Shown here: positions 44,199 to 56,100 of the stretch, one piece after another
Numbering within the stretch: the first letter of the stretch is position 1
How the letters are laid out: each line of letters opens with the position of its first letter
Program-made: the position numbers and the translations under genes
The notes under the pieces: model-generated
Databases searched by the model: none
What the model saw: only the letters and a program-made list of their open reading frames with translations
What the model was told of the DNA's origin: nothing
Origin: Macrostomum lignano
Taxonomy: Eukaryota
DNA length: 64,000 nt
Direction of reading: 5' to 3'
NCBI GenBank assembly: GCA_002269645.1
Contig: NIVC01002847.1
Span: 71,733-135,732 of the forward strand

Positions 44199-47100
44199 GT
44201 AGCCAAGCATAACTATTTCGATCGGGTTTGCAATAGTGCGGATGTTACTACTAGTAGCAGTAGTAATTTAACTTTCAATCAATCGCTTGCAAATAATGTT
44301 GCTGGGAAAGCGGTAGGGAATGACGATTCTTTAATATTAAAGTAATTATTATTGATTTAATGCGTTTATAATCGGCCAGTCGGCCAGAGTTTCTATTATT
44401 TTCTGTTAGTTAAAAGTGTTGCCAAGATAAATTCAGTTGAACTAATTAAAGTGTCCGAGGTAGCTGTTAAATTGGTCTGTCTGCGTTTTTTTTGACTCAA
44501 TTCATAATTGTCTAATGACTCAAATCATTGATTGTCTGAAATAGCGCAAATCACTATCTAAAATGACTCAAATCACTATCTAAAATGACCCAAATCACTA
44601 TCTAAAATGATGCAAATCATCGATTGTCTGAATGACTCAAATCATTGTGAAATGACTCAATTCATTGATTGTCTAATTGACTCGAATCAATATCTGAAGT
44701 GACTCAAGTTATTTATTGTCTGAATGACTCAAACCAATGTCTGTAATGACTCAAATCACTATCTAAAATGATGCAAATCATCGATTGTCTGAATGACTCA
44801 AATCATTGTGAAATGACTCAATTCATTGATTGTCTAATTGACTCGAATCAATATCTGAAGTGACTCAAATTATTTATTGTCTGAATGACTCAAACCAATG
44901 TCTGTAATGACTCAAATCACTATCTGAAATGACTCAAATCATTGATTGTCTAAAATAGCGCAAATCACTATCTGAAATGACTCAAATCATTGATTGTCTG
45001 AAATAGCGCAAATCACTATCTAAAATGACTCCAATCAATATCTAAAATGACGCAAATCATTGATTGTCTGAATGACTCAAGTCATTATGTGAAATGACTC
45101 AAATTATTTATTGTCTGAATGACTCAAACCAATGTCTGTAATGACTCAAATCATTGTCTGAAATGACTCAAGTCATTGATTGTCTGAATGACTCAAATAA
45201 TTATCTGAAATGCCTGAAATAAATCTGCTTCCTGCCATTGGTAGCGCTTTTTACCTATTTTAAGCGGCTTTTGTGTGTTTTCTGCTCTTTGTTTTCGACA
45301 GCATTGTATTTCTGCTTTTGCGTTTTGAGACCCGCTCCCAGTGTCAATATCGTTGTCTTGTCTTGGGGCCAAAAATAACCTTACAAAATATGTACCCAAG
45401 CTTCAGCTTTTCTAGTCTGATAAGAATTATTAATCTTCAATAAATTCCACACGTCGATTCGTGTCGACTTTGCACGTTGCCCGATAAAACAAGTTATTTT
45501 TTGTACTTTTATATCATAAAGACAGCGTTTTATCTCAATTATTTTGCGTCTCTATTGTCATTTGTATCAGGAAAATGCAAAAAGCACTTATACGTGTACT
45601 TTTAGCCTCGTGTTCTGGGTATATTGTATACCATTGTATGACTTAACACACTCTGTATGACTCTCATGCAGTTATTGTAATTTTTTGGTCCTCACTTAAT
45701 TCATACTTCTACCCAGCTTTCTAATTTAATTAATAGTATTGGCAAATGTGAATTAAATATTCCAGTATTTTAACAAAAATATACCAACACTAAATATTTA
45801 TTTTTAATGTTGTCTCATTCGAATGCAACTGAGACTATTCAGTGTGCTTTGCTTTGAAACTAGCTGGTTTGTAGGCTTTGGGAATGGATAATATTGACCT
45901 TGTCTGATTAATAATATTGATATTGTCTGAGTGATAATATTGCCCTTGTCTGATTGATAATATTTACCTTATATGATTGATAATATTGACCTTGTCTGAT
46001 TGATAATATTGCCCTTGTCTGATTAATAATATTGTCCTTGTCTGATTGATAATATTGCCCTTGTCTGATTAATAATATTGTCCTTGTCTGATTGATAATA
46101 TTGCCCTTGTCTGATTGATAATATTGTCCTTGTCTGATTGATAATATTGTCCTTGTCTGATTGATAATATTTACCTTATATGATTGATAATATTGACCTT
46201 GTCTGATTGATAATATTGCCCTTGTCTGATTAATAATATTGTCCTTGTCTGATTGATAATATTGCCCTTGTCTGATTAATAATATTGTCCTTGTCTGATT
46301 GATAATATTGTCCTTGTCTGATTGATAATATTGTCCTTGTCTGATTGATAATATTGTCCTTGTCTGGTTGATAATATTGACCTTGTCTGATTGATAATAT
46401 TGAACTTGTCTGATTGATAATATTGTCCTTGTCTGATTGATAATATTGCCCTTGTCTGGTTGATAATATTGAACTTGTCTGATTGATAATATTGTCCTTG
46501 TCTGATTGATAATATTGACCTTGTCTGATTGATAATATTGCCCTTGTCTGATTGATAATATTGCCCTTGTCTGATTGATAATATTGCCCTTGTCTGGTTG
46601 ATAATATTGCCCTTGTCTGGTTGATAATATTGCCCTTGTCTGATTGATAATATTGCCCTTGTCTGATAATATTGTTCATTTTGTGTGATTGATACTGTTG
46701 ATGTGCTGTGATCGATACTGTTGATATTGTGTGATTTTTAGTGTTGTATTTTTAGTATATATGATCTTGTGTGATTGATAATAATGATATTGTCTGATTG
46801 ATAATATTGATCTTGTGTGATTGATAAGTTTAATCTTGTATGATAGATATATGCTGAGATTGATACTGTTGATGTGATGTAATGGATGCTGTTGGCCTAA
46901 GCATGCATAGCAGTCACAGAATAGCCATGGCAAGAGTGCCACCGCACTGCAGCCTTTCCTACGCCCCCCCCCCTGCCCTGCTCTGCCCTTTGATGGCAGT
47001 CGCATATTTGCTAATTGTCGCCATTTGACAATCTGCTGGTTGCCATGCTCCTGCTGTTAACTTGATCCTCGCCAGCTCTTTACCTCCCCCTGACACTCAC

Positions 47101-50100
47101 TCGTTACATGATTACTAGATTGAAAGCGTGCCGGAAGTTGGGTGAGAGGGCAGCGAATTTTTTTCCAAGATTATCGACTTTTCTCAGAATAGCCTGCTTC
47201 TACTCATCACACAGTGTATGGATGTGTTTCCTGCGCATTGTTGCTTCTGTCCATTTCCTGTCTGGCGTCTGTTGTCACCCCCCCCCCCCGGCTACTGACT
47301 GAGCGAGGAATCGACAGCTTCTCAAATGTCCTTCTAAATTGTAGTGGTAGCACTGGGCGTTTTTTAAAGCACTGCAGCTTAATTTAGCTCACCTGTGCTG
47401 GGTCGCATTGGCTGTGGAGTGAGCCTCCCTCACCCACTGCAGACACCCGCTAGCCTCCCTCTCAGTGCAGACACCCGCTACCCTCCCCATCACCATTGCA
47501 GACACCCGCTACCCTCCCTCACCCACTGCAGACACCTGCTACCCTCCCTCACCCACTGCAGACACCTGCTACCCTCCCTCACCCACTGCAGACACCTGCT
47601 ACCCTCCCTCACCCACTGCAGACACCCGCTAGCCTCCCTCACTCAGTGCAGACACCCGCTAGCCTCCCTCTCAGTGCAGACACCCGCTAGCCTCCATCAC
47701 CCACTGCAGACACCTGCTACCCTCCCTCACCCACTGCAGACACCTGCTACCCTCCCTCACCCACTGCAGACACCTGCTACCCTCCCTCACCCACTGCAGA
47801 CACCTGCTACCCTCCCTCACCCACTGCAGACACCCGCTAGCCTCCCTCACTCAGTGCAGACACCCGCTACCCTCCCTCACTCAGTGCAGACACCCGCTAC
47901 CCTCCCTCACTCAGTGCAGACACCCGCTACCCTCCCTCAGCCAATGCAGACACCCGCCACACTCCCTGAGTTCTAGTTGCCTCATCATATCGATAGTCGT
48001 CAGTCAGTGCAATGCAGCTTGTGCATCGAAACTTCTCGCCCCATTCCAGAGCCCTCACACAGCCGTTCTCACTAATGCTGTCAGCTCAGGCTCAGCAGTG
48101 GCCACCCAGAGCTAATAATACCGAATTGTACGTCAATGATGAACAGGTAAGTCGTTATTTTTCTATCTAAATACTAAAAATGAAAATCTTTTCTATCTAA
48201 ATCCAATGTGTTTTCTATATAAAAATTGTTGGTATTCTCCTATTTCTCTACTTAGCCAAGTAGTTCATTTTGATTATGAAAATTGTTTTTTATTTTATTG
48301 TTATACGTCTAGACGCAATTGAAGCAGACGTACTGATCAAATTATTGTTAGCTTAACTGCTTTTAGTTTCAAACGATGCTTGACTGCACCAATTTCTTTC
48401 TGCTGCTACTGTTGAAGGGTTTCTATCGGTTGTGTTGCTTTTTGCTGCTTCTAAAAGAGAAAAAATTGTAGAAATTCCGATTTAGCGGCAAGAGAAGCCG
48501 CAGAAACGGACCGCGCCTTTAATATTATTTAATATTTCTATTGCTTCTCTGTCTGCTTTTAGTATTTGAATTAAGGGCGTTGCAATGCAATATTTCTTGG
48601 ATAATTTCATCCATTCATTGCTATAAATTGTTGCGTTTCTATGGTTTTAATTAAGTGTCTAGACGCAGGTGCGTCAGCAGCAACAACAAAAGAAAGCGAA
48701 ATTGCTGTTTTGTTTCTTCTTGACAAAGTACAATACATTAAAAATACTATGTACTATGTATTTCGGACAATATGACTCAGCGGCTATACCTGTCATGAAA
48801 TATGATAGTAGTAATCTCATTGGTATCTGAGCAACTCCCTGATTGAGTCATAGCATCTCAGCAACTCCCCCATTGAGTCATAGCATCTCAGCAACTCCCC
48901 CATTGAGCCATGGCATCTCAGCAACTCCCCCATTGAGCCATGGCATCTCAGCAACTCCCCCCATTGAGCCATGGCATCTCAGCAACTCCCCCCATTGAGC
49001 CATGGCATCTCAGCAACTCCCCCCATTGAGCCATGGCATCTCAGCAACTCCCTGATTGAGTCATAGCATCTCAGCAACTCCCCCATTGAGCCATGGCATC
49101 TCAGCAACTCCCCCATTGAGCCATGGCATCTCAGCAACTCCCCCCATTGAGCCATGGCATCTCAGCAACTCCCCCCATTGAGCCATGGCATCTCAGCAAC
49201 TCCCCCCATTGAGCCATGGCATCTCAGCAAATCCCATATAGCCATGGCATCTCAGCAAATCCCATATTGAGCCATGGCATCTCAGCAAATCCCATATTGA
49301 GCCATGGCATCTCAGCAAATCCCATATTGAGCCATGGCATCTCAGCAAATCCCATATTGAGCCATGGCATCTCAGCAAATCCCATATTGAGCCATGGCAT
49401 CTCAGCAAATCCCATATTGAGCCATGGCATCTCAGCAAATCCCATATTGAGCCATGGCATCTCAGCAAATCCCATATTGAGCCATGGCATCTCAGCAAAT
49501 CCCATATTGAGCCATGGCATCTCAGCAAATCCCATATTGAGCCATGGCATCTCAGCAAATCCCATATTGAGCCATGGCCTAGGCAGCTCATTTTACATTT
49601 GCCACGGGCAACTTGCTGCTTGCTGAGAGCCAACGGAACTTCATTCTGACATGTCAGCGGCAAGGAAAAACAACATCAGTGACTGGATAGCCAGAGACAA
49701 TTTAAATTTACAGATCGTTTTATAAAACCCATGCGTTTGTTGCTTCAAGCGTGGAAACTTTACAACACCCCTCGTACTAAACATGATGTAGAACACAGAA
49801 CACTAATAATCTTCTACTGCATTGAATGCTACGAAGTTTAACAAACCTATGACTCTTCTCTTTTTTGTCAATCAGTTTTTCTACATACAGACTTTATATC
49901 CTGCGTATTTTTGAGCTCTTCACTTCTTTCAATTCAGTTCGCCCGCAATCGGGTTGAATGTACTTGTAAAAATTAGAATTGCAAATTTTAATTTATCTTT
50001 TTCTTGTTTGCCGACAACAGCTCCGCTTTTGCATTTGTGTGTGCGCCCTGTCCTCGATTGAATAAAATGAGCTTCAGTGTCAGTTAAATCAGTTAATCTT

Positions 50101-53100
50101 TAAGCACGCCTCTCTTGCCTAGCATTAGCCGTATATTAGACTTCCTACTCTCTGATCTGATCACCTTCAGGATCATCAGGTAAGTTGAAGCATGTAATTT
50201 ACTGAGAATTATCTTGCTTTCTTTATTCCTTTCTCTCCAAATCGTTTAGCTTTGATTGAGTTCTTTGCCCATCTGAGCAATTCTCATTGAATCTGTTCTA
50301 TCTAAGCAATTCTACCTGACGTGCTAGAGTTCTTGTCTTTCTGGTTAATTCTACCTGAATTTTATGAGTTCTTGTCTATCTAAGCAAGCAATTCTACCTG
50401 ACGTCCTTGAGGTCTTGTCTATCTCCAAAACCTGCATGGTTTCTCAGACAGCCGGGTCAAACAGACACAAGTTTAAAGTCCAAGATAGGTCTTAGGGCTG
50501 TACAATGCATTCGTACTTCCCCGTCTTTGAAATCTGAGGTCACACCGGCGTGCCCGCGTCTCTCTCTCCTGTCCAGTAACTGGGGCACGCGCCCCATGAA
50601 GTCAGCCGCTGTCCAAAAAATGGTTCGGATTTATGAATGTGAAAAATAGCGCAGGATGCTCGAGTTGCTTGATATGAAAAATTATTTAAACTACAAAAAT
50701 GCGAGTTAAAAAAGTATGATTTTAAATAAGAACGATTGATGTAGTGTCTCATTTGATATTCCGTCTCTGATTCACGAGATCAAGTGTCGCGTTATCTCAT
50801 TTCACATCTGAGTCCTCAATTCACATCTGAGTCTAGTGAGATGAAGTGTCTCATTTCACATTTGAGTCTAGTGAGATGAATTGTCTCATTTCACATCTGA
50901 GTCTTGTGAGATGAATTGTCTCATTTCGCAACTCAGTCTAGTGAGATGAAGTGTCTCATTTCACATCTCGGTCTAGTGAGATGAAGTGTCTCATTTCACA
51001 TCTCGGTCTAGTGAGATGAAGTGTCTCATTTCACATCTCGGTCTAGTGAGATGAAGTGTCTCATTTCACATCTCGGTCTAGTGAGATGAAGTGTCTCATT
51101 TCACATCTGAGTCTAGTGAGATGAAGTGTCTCATTTCACATCTCGGTCTAGTGAGATGAAGTGTCTCATTTCACATCTCGGTCTAGTGAGATGAAGTGTC
51201 TCATTTCACATCTCGGTCTAGTGAGATGAAGTGTCTCATTTCACATCTGAGTCTAGTGAGATGAAGTGTCTCATTTCACATCTCGGTCTAGTGAGATGAA
51301 GTGTCTCATTTCACATCTGAGTCTAGTGAGATGAAGTGTCTCATTTCACATCTCGGTCTAGTGAGATGAAGTGTCTCATTTCACATCTCGGTCTAGTGAG
51401 ATGAAGTGTCTCATTTCACATCTGAGTCTAGTGAGATGAAGTGTCTCATTTCACATCTCGGTCTAGTGAGATGAAGTGTCTCATTTCACATCTTAGTCTA
51501 GTGAGATGAAGTGTCTCATTTCACATCTGAGTCTAGTGAGATGAAGTGTCTCATTTCATATCTCGGTCTAGTGAGATGAATTGTCTCATTTCACATCTCG
51601 GTCTAGTGAGATGAAGTGTCTCATTTCATATCTCGGTCTAGTGAGATGAAGTGTCTCATTTCATATCTCGGTCTAGTGAGATGAAGTGTCTCATTTCACA
51701 TCTGAGTCTAGTGAGATGAAGTGTCTCATTTCACATCTGAGTCTAGTGAGATGAAGTGTCTCATTTCACATCTCGGTCTAGTGAGATGAAGTGTCTCATT
51801 TCACATCTGAGTCTAGTGAGATGAAGTGTCTCATTTCACATCTCGGTCTAGTGAGATGAAGTGTCTCATTTCACATCTCGGTCTAGTGAGATGAAGTGTC
51901 TCATTTCACATCTGAGTCTAGTGAGATGAATTGTCTCATTTCACATCTCGGTCTAGTGAGATGAAGTGTCTCATTTCACATCTTAGTCTAGTGAGATGAA
52001 GTGTCTCATTTCACATCTGAGTCTAGTGAGATGAAGTGTCTCATTTCACATCTGAGTCTAGTGAGATGAAGTGTCTCATTTCACATCTTAGTCTAGTGAG
52101 ATGAAGTGTCTCATTTCACATCTGAGTCTAGTGAGATGAAGTGTCTCATTTCATATCTCGGTCTAGTGAGATGAAGTGTCTCATTTCATATCTCGGTCTA
52201 GTGAGATGAAGTGTCTCATTTCACATCTGAGTCTAGTGAGATGAAGTGTCTCATTTCACATCTCGGTCTAGTGAGATGAAGTGTCTCATTTCATATCTCG
52301 GTCTAGTGAGATGAAGTGTCTCATTTCATATCTTAGTCTAGTGAGATTACTCGTCTCATTTTGACATCTGAGTTGCAGTATAAATGACTTGTCTTAAAAT
52401 ATTTAATAATAGCAAATTTCGTTGCTCTATTCAGGCTGCCATGGTTTTGGCATATAATTCTTTCCACTTTTTGGCAAGTTTATTATACAGCAGTTTTCGC
52501 TCTAAGTTCCCCTATGAATTGCGCAGTTGGATTTTAATAAGGCCAGGCCATACGGGTCCGTTGGCCTTGTTAGAGTATATAAGTAATATGCATGGGAGCT
52601 GACTCGCTGGGAAAGTACTTTATGTATAGTTTATTGCGATAAATACACGCCAGGGGGGCTTTTTTAAACAATCGTGAAAACAGGGCCGGCTGCTGTGTAG
52701 GATATTTTTCTTGATGTCTTCATTATTGGACAAATTTTGTACAAAGATCTGGTGTTCATCTTTTGCCAATACATGAGTCATAATTTGTGTGGCATCGGAA
52801 GTTACTTTAATTCATTTCTTTCGTATTGACTTAAGATTATTCGAATAATTTATTCAGCCTTTCAGTGAGACCATGAGATAATTGGTTAAGCAAACAATAG
52901 TAGCTTGATTTCCAATCCGTGATTCTAGTTTCCTGGGTCTCCTTAAGAGGCAGCGAGTCGATAGTGGCCCAATTATCGACAATAGTAATCCAAACTTTAT
53001 TTGGATAGCTCCGTTTTTTCAGCTTGAAAACTTTTTTGTTGTTGATTTTTTTAATATGCGCGTGTTTTTATTTTTAGAGTCCCGCTCGCTTTCCTTATAA

Positions 53101-56100
53101 AAGTACAAATCCTTGCGCGTCTTGTTTATTAGCCGTGAGGGGAGAGGAGACGCTGCAATTGGAATTGCAGGCTAGGGGCAGACATGACAATAAAGGAGGT
53201 AAATAATTACTTCGGCATTAAGGGGAAGTCCGGAAAGTGTCTGAGCACTGCGGTTATTAACGTTGTGCTCAAAATTCCTTAGACTTTTAGCATTTTTGTG
53301 CGTCTGGTACTCTGGTTGAGGCTTTTTAAAATATTGCAGTTTTAATAAATAGCTTGCGGACGACGAGCTCGTTAGTTTTAAACTATGAGACTAGCTTTTT
53401 TAGCTTAGCTAATTAGTCACTCACATGTAACTTGCTTCCTTAATACGAGAATATTTTGCTTTTAAAATACCTGTTTCATATATATATATATGTATACTTG
53501 TATGTATTGAAGTTTGTTCTTGTAAGTATTCGTAGACACAAACTAGTGAAAAAAGCATTGAGGAAGTAAAACTAACAAAATTATTAAGAAATCGAGAAAA
53601 TGTAACTCTTTTTGTGAATTGCTAGGAGCTCGATGGGTCTTAGTAAGCTACTGTTGCACATCGACACGATACGGGTAGATTAATTACGAGACACGCTCGT
53701 ACTAAGGCAGTTTGTTACTAAGTCCAAATGCTTTATTAAGCATTGAGTAATAGTTGAAAAATTATTTTGCTAAAAAGCTGTCCTTTTAAGTTACATGAAT
53801 GTTTGACACCCATTAATTACTTGTACAAACTCGGACGCCAACCCTGAATGCATACTTTTATTCTAATTCGCATAACGCGCACACACATTTTTGCTTGGGG
53901 TTGATAAAACAAACCAGTTAAACAGTAAAAATGATTAAAATTTGAAAATTACTTTTTAAAATTTTGAGTATTTAAGGTTGGAAATTACCAATGCTATGAA
54001 CATCCATTTGGCTTGTTATATATAAATTTCAAAAAAGACGACAGCAGCACTATTTTATTTACAAAAGCTTCATTGCATTGGCAAATCTATCTAAATTCAA
54101 TGCACTCGGCCCTACTGCCTATACTGCCTAACTTATGTTCTACTATAGCTTTTTGCAGCCCATTTGGGCCTACGTGCATTGAAGTTAATCCAAGATAGAT
54201 TTGCCAATGCAGTGAAGCTTTTGTCTATGGTAGCAAGGCTGGCACAGCGGCATTCAATTTGATCCAACAAGCATCAATTTGATCCGAACGCTCGTGAGCC
54301 ATTGGACAAAATCTTGCCTTCTCGCAACCGTCTGCGATTGTTGCGGACCGCTGGAATGTCAGCGTCTCTACCAACAATTTTCAGTCGCTTTTCCAGAGCT
54401 CTGCTGATAGTCAAAATCTGATAACCAACTGGAACTGTTCCTTCAACTTCTGCTGCATTTCTGCAACGTCAACAAAGGGTTCGTCTCAACTGCATCGAGT
54501 AGCATTTGGACCTGAGGCTCTCGAGCAACTTGCCTTGGCAATTGCCACCCTTTCGCAGGCAATCTCTGCCAGCAGAGTTTCAACGCGCTGATACATGCTG
54601 CAAACCATCTTCTTTTACATTCAGCAACCTTGCAATGTCCTTTGGGTGTTCACTGCGCACAATAGAGCGACCTCTCGAGTAAATCAAGGTGTTTACTCGT
54701 ATCGATGCCCATCAGAAGAACCGGAGGGAGTAATGCGAAGCTCAAGATGCGGTATCAGTCACTTCCCCCTACGACTGAATTAGCGATTGCCAATTAAATA
54801 TAGACTGATTTCTATATAACCTAACTACTGGAGTATTGTAATTACAATAACGGAATAGAATGCCTACATAATAATAAGTTTTACTATAGCAGAAAAAAAC
54901 TTAAGACTACTGCTGGTACTTAAAATTAGACTGAATATAAAATCTACGTTGTGATTTTTGCAGATAGGGTCAAGCTATCGCAGAGACGGCTATCAGTAAC
55001 CGTGGCATTTAAAAATATTTCGTGTACTTTCGGGCCTAGAAGACTTGTGCGCAATGCCAGTGTCATATGGTAGCGCACTATCGAAGTTCACGCAGTGTGC
55101 GGTTTCCTCTGTAGCTGCAAGCATTGCTTGGCTATGATGAATCCGACTAATCTATATCGCGTCTCTCAGAGGTTAACACTAACCAATTGTGTCATTGATG
55201 ACGCGCGAGTGTAAACCATATAGCATTATCTTTTCTGCCATCTGCTGTTATCAATAAACTCGTAAGCTAGTCTGGACTTTCTGTTCCGATAGCGACACTG
55301 AAAGAGATTGTCAACTATAGTCCGAAAAAAATACAAGCCTATTTAGTAAGGAACGTAATATCGTCAAAAATGCCATCGTCGTAGCCCCTGACTGCAAACA
55401 GAGCAGAGCCCTATATTTATAGATTTTCACTGTATTTTCTGCTGCTATTTTTCCCTAGCTAATCTACGTTACAACCATTGGGGACTGGGTGTAACGTAGT
55501 GCCGAATGACTAATCAAATACGGAACTTTCAATAAAAGTTTGCGTCTTTTAAAAGTACTATTTTTCTACATGTAGTCATCTGAGAACATCCAAGCGATAC
55601 AACAATGCGGGTCGTTCTTGCCTCAGGCAGCTGAATTTTCTTACTAAGTCAGACCGTACACTCCGTGCTTCCTCTTGACCCTGCGCCCCTCTACCTCTCT
55701 CCACCTCCAAGTTTGGTGCGCAGAGCAGCTGAACCGAAACTTTTTGCAGCAGCTGCAAATCTGTTTCGAATGCAAGTTTGCGTTGAAGAAAAAAGAATCC
55801 AATGCAAGCCGCCGTGTCACTTTCAAAGTCGATAATGTTTTATTGGCTAGCCAGTCTTGTGAAGCGACTCCGCCTTCTCCGTACTTTTTCGTCCTCCTAT
55901 ACGTCAAGTCTAGGCCTAGAAATGTTCACAGCTAAAAAAAAACTGCCAAGCCAAAAGTTACCAGACACAGCACTTAACTAGCCACCCCCGAAACCCCGGC
56001 TCTCGTCTGGTCGTGTCGTGTTGGCTGGTTGGTTGTCACAGTTGCGCTTATAGTAGAAGCGCAAAAATCCTGCACAAATCAGTGCCCTCGCGCGCGCATG

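Noticed and set aside
44199-44345. Continuation of ORF 43893-44345 as coding sequence
   Set aside because: Composition turns AT-rich after the donor at 44199; treated as intron read-through, though an unspliced short product is not excluded.
46230-49663. Periodic ORFs (QGQYYQSDK, HPLQTPATL, HGISANPILS, MGFAEMPWLN)
   Set aside because: Translations of intronic minisatellites, open in several frames and strands at once.
50790-52372. CRISPR array (35-bp palindromic repeats); the 31-, 32- and 25-bp arrays were also considered
   Set aside because: Repeats are head-to-tail with no unique spacers, no cas genes are present, and the context is eukaryotic.
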